Below are positions 28,352-37,585 of a DNA stretch of 40,000 bases, one piece after another. A program made the translations under genes and the position numbers. How positions within the stretch are numbered: the stretch's first letter is position 1; every line of letters begins with the position of its first letter. The stretch is from Erwinia phage Derbicus. Location of the stretch: the sequence record MK514282.1; one strand, written 5' to 3'. Below the pieces are notes generated by a model. It worked only from the letters and a program-made list of their open reading frames with translations, was not told the origin of the DNA and searched no databases.

Positions 28352-28362
28352 TATATGTTATC
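28352..28362 (+). promoter_or_regulatory. candidate phage promoter motif (TATATGTTATC)
   Basis: Matches YATATRTTATC; in the divergent intergenic region upstream of 28392. Confidence 0.5.
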
Positions 28363-28391
28363 TTGGTGTAAACCTGTGAGGAGTATCAAGA

Positions 28392-30605
28392 ATGCAATCC
28401 TATACCGAGTTAAAGAGCACCCACGCAGACCGTGAGGCGGCTGTCGATATGATTTCAGGCTCGCGTGCAGCAATGCAAGGCGGTCATATGAAATCGGCAG
28501 TGCCGGTGGATAACCCACATCACACCCTGCATTTTACGGGTGCGGACACTGAGTACGAGAAGTATGTGTTTAACCACGTCGTAGAAGACCAAGGTGAAGT
28601 CTACCAGTACAATTACAATGGTCGTTTTCTGCGCGCCATCTTTACCCGTACCGCCTGTCGTAGTGACGCAACACCGCTGCAGCGCGCAATCTTTTTCCGT
28701 CGGTCGGCATTAGGTGATGGCGGGCGTCCCGTTATCGACCTGATTGAAACCACTGGTTACACCGACCACGACCACGTCTTTACCTCACCACAAAAGGAAA
28801 CGCCGAAACTCCAGCGCCTTTTGCGTGGAGAGACCAACATTCTGGACTTAGGGGATAACCTCACCGAACTGAACTGTCAGAAAGATGGGGAGTTCGCAGA
28901 TGGGGTGAATCTGTTAACGGTACCGGTATCGCATCCTGAGAACATTGAAGATGCGTACTTTATCTCCAAGACCGCAGCGGCAATGATGCACGGTTACGGC
29001 TATCGTCGCATTACCGTGGTGTTGCGTGATGGGGATACCCTGTTGGACATCATGGGATACCGCACCGCTGATGGGCGTTGGGTGCCGAAATACTTCCCAG
29101 AGATTGGCGAAGCGATTCCTAACAGTGGGCTGGTTATCGCCAAACGTCTGTACGATCCGTTGTACGCCGCTATCGACATGTCATCCGGTGAACTGCAGCA
29201 CCCGTCACCGTTCTTTGACCGCTGTGAATACGTGGATGCGGACCCAGAGTACGTAGCGAACCCAACCGAAGAAAACGGGTCTCGCGTCATTGACATTAAA
29301 GTGTGGCGTAACGATGCCATGGTGAAGAACGGGGTCAATAACATCCGCTGTACTGAAGAGAACAAGCGTCTGCTTGATGAATACGCACTGGGCCTGAAAG
29401 ATTACTACACGTCTATTCTGCGTTTCTACTTCTCAGTAAAAGAAGATGTGATTTGGTCACCGAAAGCCAGTCTGCTGATTCGTACAGCACTGGCGTCTGA
29501 CTGTCATGAAGTGTTCCATGAGTTCCAGCGTGATATCCGTGATGAACTGACGAAGTCTGTCCGTCGTCATGAGAACAAGCAGGACTACGTGGACAGCAAC
29601 ATGAAGAAACTTCAGGAAGCGCCGGAGCGTAACCTGAAGGAAGCAGTCACCAACTACACCATCGAAATCGTGGTGCGTTACCCTATCCCGGTCACCGTGT
29701 CGTCAAAGATTACTGACCGTTCGGGTACTAAGGGTATCGTGGGTGCCGTAATGGATGATGAGCTGATGCCTCTGGATGAGTTCGGTCAGCGTATCCACTG
29801 TCTGCGTAGTGCGAACGCCGTTATGCGCCGTTCAACCTATTCGGCGCCGTACCACATCTTCTGGTCGGCAGCATCTGAGCAGTTAAAGATGCGCATGAAA
29901 CCAATGCTGGAGGAAAATCGGGTAGACGATGCGTGGGCTGAGCTGCTCGAGTATCTGAACTGCTATAATGAGAAGTGGTCGCGTGCCATTGCTCTGACGC
30001 ACCAGACAACCGAGGAACGGATTAAACTGTTCGAACAGATTTACGAAACCAGTATCCGTATCCACCTGCCACATGAGCTGCCGAAATCCGGGATAGATAT
30101 ATGTGATAGCCTTGGTAGATTCACACCGAAGCGCACCAAACTGTTAATGACCGACTATAACGGGAAGAAGCAGTGGACGAAGAACACGTTTTACGTGGGC
30201 TACGTAGAAACCTTACGTCTGGACAAAACCGGTCGTGAGTTCTCCTCAATGTCATCCATGTACACAAACTACTTGGGTGCAATTGATGCCAGCGGCGCCG
30301 GTGCCGGGAACTACCCGATGAAGTACAAGGCCATTAAGTTCGGCGGGGAGTCTGAACGTCGACTGCTCGAAGGCTACCGTAAAGGCACCTTCGATGAGAT
30401 TCACAACCGTGCTAACTGTCCGGATGTGCATCGTGCCGTGGTTCGTGGGCTGTATGAATCCCACACACCGACTTCACCGGGGTATCTGATTGATCGTAAA
30501 CAGTTCCCGATGGGTTATTCGCAGATTGATAAACTGGTGGACAACATTCACCGCTGCGAAGGTTTCCGTTTAGTTAAACCACTTCGCGAGGATGTAGCTG
30601 CATGA
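28392..30605 (+). CDS. multisubunit RNA polymerase beta subunit, C-terminal fragment (non-virion RNAP, phiKZ gp71-73-like)
   Basis: KITDRSGTKGIVGAVMDDELMP corresponds to the conserved GRHGNKG...ED-MP region of beta; split arrangement and position. Confidence 0.85.
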   Translation: MQSYTELKSTHADREAAVDMISGSRAAMQGGHMKSAVPVDNPHHTLHFTGADTEYEKYVFNHVVEDQGEVYQYNYNGRFLRAIFTRTACRSDATPLQRAIFFRRSALGDGGRPVIDLIETTGYTDHDHVFTSPQKETPKLQRLLRGETNILDLGDNLTELNCQKDGEFADGVNLLTVPVSHPENIEDAYFISKTAAAMMHGYGYRRITVVLRDGDTLLDIMGYRTADGRWVPKYFPEIGEAIPNSGLVIAKRLYDPLYAAIDMSSGELQHPSPFFDRCEYVDADPEYVANPTEENGSRVIDIKVWRNDAMVKNGVNNIRCTEENKRLLDEYALGLKDYYTSILRFYFSVKEDVIWSPKASLLIRTALASDCHEVFHEFQRDIRDELTKSVRRHENKQDYVDSNMKKLQEAPERNLKEAVTNYTIEIVVRYPIPVTVSSKITDRSGTKGIVGAVMDDELMPLDEFGQRIHCLRSANAVMRRSTYSAPYHIFWSAASEQLKMRMKPMLEENRVDDAWAELLEYLNCYNEKWSRAIALTHQTTEERIKLFEQIYETSIRIHLPHELPKSGIDICDSLGRFTPKRTKLLMTDYNGKKQWTKNTFYVGYVETLRLDKTGREFSSMSSMYTNYLGAIDASGAGAGNYPMKYKAIKFGGESERRLLEGYRKGTFDEIHNRANCPDVHRAVVRGLYESHTPTSPGYLIDRKQFPMGYSQIDKLVDNIHRCEGFRLVKPLREDVAA

Positions 30606-32713
30606 AAAAGGGCTTAGCCGTACATGTGCGGGACCTGCGTAACCTGACCAAGGACCAAGTCTGGAGACTGAACGGGCGTTACGATGTAACGTTCGATGAC
30701 GGCGTGACCCTCCCCATGGGGGGTCGCCACATTAAACTAAGCTGGCCGTACTGGGCGTTCTCACGCCTGTACGATTTTGTACCCACCCCTAGCACCCTCA
30801 CGTACCAACGTGAAGAGGTGTCCACGGACAAGAAGCATTTGGAACTGCTGGGGGTAATGTTCCGTTTGGCCAAACATCATGGCATCCCTATCGCCGATAT
30901 CCGTTATGTGTTATCCGAACACGGGTACACGGATGCGTACAACGGTTCTGTCGAGAACCTGATTGCGTACATCTCAACGGTTGACGTGGATACCTTCTTA
31001 GACATCTGGCGCCACCCCCGTATGGACGTGGTGCGCGATTTGGCCCGTCGTTATCCGGAAGGGTACGACGAAGAAGGCAATGACATGGTGGAAGTGGCGT
31101 ATCAGGAAATCGAGATGATTTTCGATGACCCCGCGATGCGCTACAACATGGCGGTGATGTCGGTTCGTGACCACACCGTCAAAGGCGATACCATCCTGCA
31201 GGCATTTGTCCGCGGGAAGCTGTCAGAGATTGACTCACGGGTATTCAGTAATCAGGTATGGTCCGGACTCTTTACCGGTCTGGACGATGCCGGTCGTGTG
31301 AAGGAATCGTGCTCGACCTCGCGTTCGCATCTGTATAACACAGATAACATCGCCGATGCTGAATACACCAGTCGTAAATTCCAGTTGGTATCCAACGTCC
31401 TGATGCGTTATACGCCGGGGGACTGTGGAACCCATCACCATCATCGTAAGACCTTTACGGATACCCGCTCACAAGAGCTGATATTCAATGCGATGGCGGG
31501 GATGTACTTTAAACTGGAAGGACATCAAGAAGGCCCGTGGATACGCTTTAATAAAGGCGAGTTCAAGCAGTACGTGAACAAACCACTGGTCTTCCGCTCA
31601 GCCATGACCTGTAAACTGCTGGCGAAGCAGTCTATCTGTTCTATCTGCATGGGCGATATGGTCGACAACATGTCTGATGACACTGCGCCGGGTCACTTGG
31701 CTCTGACTTCCATTTCGGAGAAAGGGTCACAGGGGATTCTGTCCACCAAGCACTTGGACTTCCTGCGCAAAGTGTTGCAGCTCGTGTTTACCTCGACAAT
31801 GGAGCGTTTCATTACGCTGTTCAAGCACAGCACCGTGAAAGCGGTGCGACTGCAGAACAAACCGTTGCAGGGTAAATGGGATGACTATGAACTGACAATT
31901 CAGGATAAGATCCACTCCGAGCTTATTCAGATTGCCTACCATAGTTCGTTGTCTGAACTGGATGAAACGGCCTTACCTGACATCAATGCGTTGACTTTTG
32001 TACGCATCGATAAAGAAGGGAATGTCCTCGATGAGGAGTCCATCAACGTGCGAATGGGGGTGTGCGGGAACTTCTCCCCAGACTTCCTGAAGCACTATCT
32101 GCGCAACAAAGACAAGCTGCGTATCGTTGGCAAATCTGTACATATCCCTCTCGCCGGTTGGAACGTGAACCGTCCTCTGTTAGTTTATACAAATCGCTCA
32201 GAAAGTATGGCGGAGTTTGTATCAGCAATGGAAGCGAAGATTCGTTCCGCGTCGGTCGATGGTGAAGACCGTTTAGTGAAGTCGAAGAAGATGGAAGGCA
32301 ACCAGCGTTCTGCTTTCTTCAAGAACAAAAACGGTGTGGTAAAATCCATCTCTTTGGTGGACCAGCGTGGTGCTACAGAACAGCAATGTACCGATGCCAT
32401 GTTTGACATGTATCAGTTCATTGACCGTAAACTGAAAGGTATCCCGATGGCGCACATCGGTATTACGTTAGCCGTCTCCCGTGTCGAATCCCCAACCAAC
32501 TCCTTCCCGGCAGTTGGCTTCGATGCCGAAGACTACAACACGCAATCCGGTAAGCGTTTCTTAGACCACAACACCATCATGGGTCGTCGCTCTGCAGCCC
32601 CAATGCTTTTCTATGAGGGTCAACAGGACTACCTCGACAACATCGGCTTTTGGACTGACAGAGTTCGCCCGGCGTCGTTATACGACGGGGCGTTCTTTGC
32701 AGTTAAGAAATAA
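30602..32713 (+). CDS. multisubunit RNA polymerase beta' subunit, C-terminal fragment (non-virion RNAP, phiKZ gp74-like)
   Basis: GDCGT; RSAMTCKLLAKQSICSICMGD...APGHLALTSISEKGSQGILSTKH resembles the beta' CxxC...AAQSIGEPGTQLT-RTFH region. Confidence 0.9.
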   Translation: MKKGLAVHVRDLRNLTKDQVWRLNGRYDVTFDDGVTLPMGGRHIKLSWPYWAFSRLYDFVPTPSTLTYQREEVSTDKKHLELLGVMFRLAKHHGIPIADIRYVLSEHGYTDAYNGSVENLIAYISTVDVDTFLDIWRHPRMDVVRDLARRYPEGYDEEGNDMVEVAYQEIEMIFDDPAMRYNMAVMSVRDHTVKGDTILQAFVRGKLSEIDSRVFSNQVWSGLFTGLDDAGRVKESCSTSRSHLYNTDNIADAEYTSRKFQLVSNVLMRYTPGDCGTHHHHRKTFTDTRSQELIFNAMAGMYFKLEGHQEGPWIRFNKGEFKQYVNKPLVFRSAMTCKLLAKQSICSICMGDMVDNMSDDTAPGHLALTSISEKGSQGILSTKHLDFLRKVLQLVFTSTMERFITLFKHSTVKAVRLQNKPLQGKWDDYELTIQDKIHSELIQIAYHSSLSELDETALPDINALTFVRIDKEGNVLDEESINVRMGVCGNFSPDFLKHYLRNKDKLRIVGKSVHIPLAGWNVNRPLLVYTNRSESMAEFVSAMEAKIRSASVDGEDRLVKSKKMEGNQRSAFFKNKNGVVKSISLVDQRGATEQQCTDAMFDMYQFIDRKLKGIPMAHIGITLAVSRVESPTNSFPAVGFDAEDYNTQSGKRFLDHNTIMGRRSAAPMLFYEGQQDYLDNIGFWTDRVRPASLYDGAFFAVKK

Positions 32714-32716
32714 ACT

Positions 32717-32742
32717 GAGGGGCCACGTGCCCCTCTCTTTTT
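32717..32742 (+). terminator. Rho-independent terminator
   Basis: GAGGGGC-CACGT-GCCCCTC followed by TCTTTTTT. Confidence 0.9.
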
Positions 32743-32743
32743 T

Positions 32744-34456
32744 GTGAGGGGCAAGATGTTCGTCATTAACGTCATGCATACCAGTATGGGCTTTCGCATC
32801 GAAGTGCCTGTACGGGTTATCGAATTAGCTATTTTAAAGTTCGCTGATGAAAACTTGCACGCGCCTAAGATGGGGCGCGACCATGGGAGAATAACCGTCG
32901 AAAAGGGGGACGCCTATTACGTACACGTTCCCTCAATGAACTGGTTCTACTTCCACAAGGACTACTTCCATCGCATTAAGCAGATTGTCCTGAATACTGC
33001 GATTGAGTACAACAAGCAAGTGGAGGTGAAAGAACACACCTACCAACGTAAGGAACCGTACAAGTGCGAATTCGATAACTACGGCTTTCAGATGGAGGTA
33101 ACCGACCCCGAGTCGCGTTTCTTCTATCAGAACGAAGTGGTGGAAAAAGCACTTGACCCGCTGTACCTGCAAATCATCTTTGCGATTCAAACCGGGCGTG
33201 GGAAAACCAAGTCGGCGCAGAAGGTGATGGTAAAGCGCGGCGTACGTACGGTTCTGATTCACCGACCGACTTACGTTGATAAGTGGAAGTTCGACTGTAT
33301 TGAAGATGAGTCTGGGCTGCGGGTAGATGACAAACACGTCTACGTGGCGAAAGGGACGCAGGGCATTTATGACCTGATTGAGGATGGCCGCAGCGGTAAG
33401 TTAGACCGGATGGGAATAAAGGTTGTTATCCTGCCCACTGTCTCCCTGTTTAACTTCATGAAAGAAGCGATTGCAACCATGGCCTCCAGCCCGGTTGACT
33501 TCGAGTCGTTCTATGACGATATCGGCGTCGGTCAGGTGGTGTACGATGAAGTGCACGAACACTTCTTACTCGTGTACCTCAGCGGGATTCTGTTGAACCC
33601 GCCGTACTCACTGGAGATGTCCGCGACGTTGAAGCCGGGGGCTGCGAAGAAGTTTATCGCTGACCGGTATCTCGAGCGTTTTCCTCTACGTTTTCGTGTC
33701 TCGGTACCGTATATCCCGGTGGTTGATATTCGTGGGCTGTATTACAGCATTGATGACCCGGGCTTTATTCGCCGTGTGGCCAGAATGTCGCCGTACAACC
33801 ACAAATTGTTCGAGCAGCAGCTCCTCAAACACAAACTCGAAGATTCGTACTTCTCGATGGTGTTTGATATCCTGAAGCGGTCGTACCTCGATAAGTATGA
33901 GTCCGGTCAAAAGGCGTTGGTGTTCTTTGCTCTGGTTGAGATGTGTGAAGCATTCACGAAGTATGTGAAGCATCGCCTTCGTAACGGAGACGGACCACCG
34001 GGCTTGACTGTGGCGAAGTACAATGCGGGGGACAGCTACGACGAGTTCATTGCTGCAGACATCGGGGTCTCGACTCCGGGGAAAGCAGGTACGGCAATTG
34101 ACATACCCGGTTTGGTGGTCGCTATCGTGACCATCGCTATCGATGACCGTCAGTTGAATGAACAGATTGCAGGCCGCCCGCGTGAGGTGACGAAGTGGGA
34201 TTTGACACCGAAAGTGTTCTTCCTGCATTGCAGTGAAATGCCAAAGCACTTGCAGTATTTGGCCTCACGGCAAGAGTCGCTTAAGGAAGTAGTGAAGTCA
34301 TTTACGACCTCCTTCTCCCCTTACGTTATAAGGAAAACGCATGCTAGCTCCTCCTTCTCCAGCAGTGCCCCTTCCGCCGTACCAAGGTTTAAGTCTATCA
34401 AGTCTCCTCGAAAAGGTTTTACGGGCTTACCCGGCCGTCGAGGACGCCGTCGTTAA
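32744..34456 (+). CDS. superfamily 2 DNA/RNA helicase (phiKZ gp75 position)
   Basis: Walker A-like QTGRGKTKSA, VVYDEVHEHF (DEVH box), SATLKPG (motif III), late IAGRPRE resembling motif VI. Start may be the ATG at 32756. Confidence 0.85.
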   Translation: MRGKMFVINVMHTSMGFRIEVPVRVIELAILKFADENLHAPKMGRDHGRITVEKGDAYYVHVPSMNWFYFHKDYFHRIKQIVLNTAIEYNKQVEVKEHTYQRKEPYKCEFDNYGFQMEVTDPESRFFYQNEVVEKALDPLYLQIIFAIQTGRGKTKSAQKVMVKRGVRTVLIHRPTYVDKWKFDCIEDESGLRVDDKHVYVAKGTQGIYDLIEDGRSGKLDRMGIKVVILPTVSLFNFMKEAIATMASSPVDFESFYDDIGVGQVVYDEVHEHFLLVYLSGILLNPPYSLEMSATLKPGAAKKFIADRYLERFPLRFRVSVPYIPVVDIRGLYYSIDDPGFIRRVARMSPYNHKLFEQQLLKHKLEDSYFSMVFDILKRSYLDKYESGQKALVFFALVEMCEAFTKYVKHRLRNGDGPPGLTVAKYNAGDSYDEFIAADIGVSTPGKAGTAIDIPGLVVAIVTIAIDDRQLNEQIAGRPREVTKWDLTPKVFFLHCSEMPKHLQYLASRQESLKEVVKSFTTSFSPYVIRKTHASSSFSSSAPSAVPRFKSIKSPRKGFTGLPGRRGRRR

Positions 34457-34718
34457 GTTGTGTGAAGACTCGGCCACGCGCCGAGCTTTCCACTATTACA
34501 TGGTGACTGAACACTTTGCCGGCATGCAGATTACGCAGCGGGGCAAGACGTACTACGTCACGCGTGTCAGCAGTATCCGCAATACCGCCGGTTACGAGCA
34601 GTATAGTTGGGTGCTCTGGCACGATGACAAATCCGGTACGTCCGTCGACGAGAACCCGAAGGTTGCTTACCGCTTGTATTCACACAAGTGGTTTGACTGG
34701 GTAACCGTTAAACATTAA
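34341..34718 (+). CDS. hypothetical phage protein (125 aa), overlaps the helicase 3' end by 116 nt
   Basis: ATG preceded by AAGGAAAACGC at good spacing; ends shortly before a terminator. Confidence 0.65.
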   Translation: MLAPPSPAVPLPPYQGLSLSSLLEKVLRAYPAVEDAVVKLCEDSATRRAFHYYMVTEHFAGMQITQRGKTYYVTRVSSIRNTAGYEQYSWVLWHDDKSGTSVDENPKVAYRLYSHKWFDWVTVKH

Positions 34719-34724
34719 TAACAC

Positions 34725-34765
34725 GGGGGACACTCTATATGTCCCCCACTACCCTTATTTTTTTG
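34725..34765 (+). terminator. Rho-independent terminator
   Basis: GGGGGACA-CTCTATA-TGTCCCCC, T-rich tract a little downstream. Confidence 0.75.
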
Positions 34766-34784
34766 ATAAAAGGAAATAGCCGAT

Positions 34785-35399
34785 ATGTCTCGTCGTAAGA
34801 AGAAAGCTCCCCATAATCCGCGTAACGGTGCCCGCACTGAAATCTTCAGTGGCGTACGCTCCGTCCTGCGCTGCGAAGACAAGTGGAAAGAACACTCTGC
34901 CCGCATCGGTACCATGATTGAGCAAGAGCGTGTTGCCATTGCCAAAATGGAAGACGTTGAGAAGAAAACCGTCGCTACCGAAGCGCTCGATCGCATGTAC
35001 GCTGCCTACCTCGGCTGGCTGCAGCATTTCAACGACAAATACATGGTCGCCTCTGAGAAAGCAGACGCGATCGGTACCAAAGCGCTGGACGTTATCAATC
35101 AGAAAGACATCAAGTGGAAAGACCTTGACATGCTGCTGATTGAACCGACCGCTCAGCTGGTCGAACTGGACTCGGAAATGACGAATATGCTCATGACCGC
35201 GTCGACCACCATTATGCCGGCGATCGCCGAGTACCAAATTAAAACCGGTGACGGCAAAGACAATGCTGAAATCGCAGAAGTGCTGAAAGCCATGAACGCT
35301 CAGCCTCTGCCGGAACCGGGCTTCGAAGCGGTAGATGAAGACACGTCTCGTGAAGACCGTGCTGACGATGCGTTTGAACGCGCTGCCGCCCAGGCTTAA
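34785..35399 (+). CDS. hypothetical phage protein (204 aa), helical with acidic C-terminus
   Basis: ORF between a terminator and the next gene; GGAAAT RBS. Confidence 0.85.
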   Translation: MSRRKKKAPHNPRNGARTEIFSGVRSVLRCEDKWKEHSARIGTMIEQERVAIAKMEDVEKKTVATEALDRMYAAYLGWLQHFNDKYMVASEKADAIGTKALDVINQKDIKWKDLDMLLIEPTAQLVELDSEMTNMLMTASTTIMPAIAEYQIKTGDGKDNAEIAEVLKAMNAQPLPEPGFEAVDEDTSREDRADDAFERAAAQA

Positions 35400-35419
35400 T
35401 CTGTAGGGGTAACTCACCA

Positions 35420-37585
35420 ATGAGTCAGGAAACTGAAAACCACGGTCGCCCGTCACTGGGTGGCCCTGTTCACCAGACCGATGAAGTTTTGCCGGCTGCT
35501 GAAGACCACGGCTTCAAAAAGATTGACGAAGAGGATTACGATCCGGAAGCTGCCCGTAAACTGTGGTTAGCCGATCGTGAAAAGAGACGTTTAGCTGCAC
35601 AGGGAGTTTCAGATGGTGGTGAAGGTAGCAATACTGGGGGGCATGCCTCGCCAAATGCGCGCGTGGTCAATCCAAGCACTCCTGTTAGCCGGGGTGCAGA
35701 TAGCGAGCGAGCGGGAAGTGGAGGAGGACAGGAAGTCGAGACTGCCGTTCACCGACACGTCGATCCAACCCCTGAACGCAGCTTTGTTCAGCACCCCGCT
35801 GTCGACGAAGCAATCCCCGCTCCCGCCACACGAGTTTCTCCACAGCCAGTACATGAAGCTGACCTTGCCCCGGCACAGCCGCAGCATGCGCCGGCCCAAA
35901 CGCAGGAAGTGAAAGATGGCCAACAGCAAAAAGCCCCGCAAGCGCAAAGCGCACAAGTCGTTCTTCAACACGGAGAGACTGGAGGAGCGGAACGAGTCCA
36001 ACCAACTCCATCTGCAGCAGCAGACCGCCCAGCTGTCCAGCCGGCTGCAAACGTTGCGCCATCAGAGTCCGGTGCGGATGACGACCATGAGAACGCGACG
36101 CGTCGCATAGCGTCTCTGCTGGAATCACCGGTTCCGCAAGGTGAACGTAACGAGCTGATGAAACTGCTGGACGATGATCCGGTAGGGATGTTGGCAGGGA
36201 TGGCGCTGGTCGGTGGGTTACGTAACCTCGCCCAGTCGTCTAGCGGCTTTAACAAGTTCTTCCGCTCGCTGGAGCGCAGCAAAGACGGTGCCCCGGTCTT
36301 CCGTAACCCGCAAGAAGAAGATGTCTATAATCGCATCATGCAAATTATGCAGATTGCGTCTCCTTCAATGCAGAACGGTAATCAGGCCCAGTCTGAAGCA
36401 GCCCTGCGTGACGATATCCAATGGAAACAGCATCTGGATACCGGCACTGACGAGCCGTTCGTCATTAAGAACCACCCACAACAGGGTGCGGGTCTGATGA
36501 AGCTTGTGTACCGTCGCCAGAACTCTGGTGCGCCGGTTACCGTGTTCTTGCCGGCCTCGGGCTTCTTTATTACCTCGAAGGCACCGCATGAGAACGACTT
36601 CTGTGACTACGATGTAGCGCAGACCATGGATACCAATCAGGTGGGTTTGTCTACCTTCGGTATTCTGCTGTCGGCGTCCTCTGGTCTGTACCTGAAGCAC
36701 ATGGTTAACTTCGCGCTGAAGTTTGTGGTCGACACCACGTTGGACGTGGGCGGTGGCGATATGCACCAAACCCTGTACAACAAAATCGACGAGCGTGATT
36801 ACTGGCTGGTTGTCATGGCCTGTACCATTGCCAAATACCCGGGCGGTATTCCGTGGCTGATGGCGTGTACTGAACCGCAGTGTACCTTCGAAGAAGAGCA
36901 GAAGCTGAATATCGCCCGTAGCATCCGCTACGCGAACGGCATCTTCTCCCCGTCCCAGCTCGAGCTGATTAACCGTCAGCGTAATAAAGAGCCGATGACC
37001 TTCGTTGAGCAAGAAGCGTACCGTAAGGCCCACAAAGTTGACCCCGCCTCGAAATGGGTTGACGGCGACCTGACGTTCCGCTTTGCGCACGCGTCCATTG
37101 CCCGCTATATCGACACCTCTGAAGAGTGGGTGGCTGATATCAACCAGTCCACGACGGAAGCACTGGGGAACTATGCAACAGAGCAAGAGCGTAACAGCTA
37201 CATGCGTACTGCCGCTGAGACCCGCCGTCTGACCCGTTATCTGCACTTCATCGAATCCATCACCGGTAAGGCCGATGGTGACGAAGAGCCGTACGTTGAG
37301 CGTGACCCGGTAAAAATCCGCGAAGTCTTGGTAGCCATGTCTTCTGACCGTGCCTTCGTGGCGCGCTTTGAAGCGGCTATCGAACACTTCAACGAACGTA
37401 GCCGTCTGGCCATCTTCGGGTACATGTCGCACAAGTGCCCAAGTTGTGGTGCAGCGACCGGTGAGAAAGAAGGCGCGTTCCGTGGTATCGTTGAGATTTC
37501 ACCGGACAGACTTTTTTTCGTGCTCTCTCGAGTGGTGTACGAGATTCAGAAACTCTTAACAGATCAATACGAAAGTATTGGTTAG
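35420..37585 (+). CDS. large phage protein (721 aa), probably structural or assembly; long disordered Ala/Gln/Pro-rich N-terminal region, C-terminal KCPSCG; zero-frame product of a candidate -1 frameshift gene
   Basis: ORF with ATG at 35420; low-complexity N-terminal third, folded C-terminal part. Confidence 0.85.
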   Translation: MSQETENHGRPSLGGPVHQTDEVLPAAEDHGFKKIDEEDYDPEAARKLWLADREKRRLAAQGVSDGGEGSNTGGHASPNARVVNPSTPVSRGADSERAGSGGGQEVETAVHRHVDPTPERSFVQHPAVDEAIPAPATRVSPQPVHEADLAPAQPQHAPAQTQEVKDGQQQKAPQAQSAQVVLQHGETGGAERVQPTPSAAADRPAVQPAANVAPSESGADDDHENATRRIASLLESPVPQGERNELMKLLDDDPVGMLAGMALVGGLRNLAQSSSGFNKFFRSLERSKDGAPVFRNPQEEDVYNRIMQIMQIASPSMQNGNQAQSEAALRDDIQWKQHLDTGTDEPFVIKNHPQQGAGLMKLVYRRQNSGAPVTVFLPASGFFITSKAPHENDFCDYDVAQTMDTNQVGLSTFGILLSASSGLYLKHMVNFALKFVVDTTLDVGGGDMHQTLYNKIDERDYWLVVMACTIAKYPGGIPWLMACTEPQCTFEEEQKLNIARSIRYANGIFSPSQLELINRQRNKEPMTFVEQEAYRKAHKVDPASKWVDGDLTFRFAHASIARYIDTSEEWVADINQSTTEALGNYATEQERNSYMRTAAETRRLTRYLHFIESITGKADGDEEPYVERDPVKIREVLVAMSSDRAFVARFEAAIEHFNERSRLAIFGYMSHKCPSCGAATGEKEGAFRGIVEISPDRLFFVLSRVVYEIQKLLTDQYESIG
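37513..37519 (+). other. candidate -1 programmed ribosomal frameshift heptamer T_TTT_TTC
   Basis: Zero frame reads CTT TTT TTC; -1 frame is open 37495-37974; short stem TCTCG/CGAGA (37526-37544) begins 6 nt downstream. Confidence 0.6.

Noticed and set aside
28392-32713. Split RNAP genes as disrupted pseudogenes or intron-containing genes
   Set aside because: Both have clean starts and stops, overlap by an ATGA junction and keep catalytic-region motifs; split RNAP subunits are normal for phiKZ-like phages.
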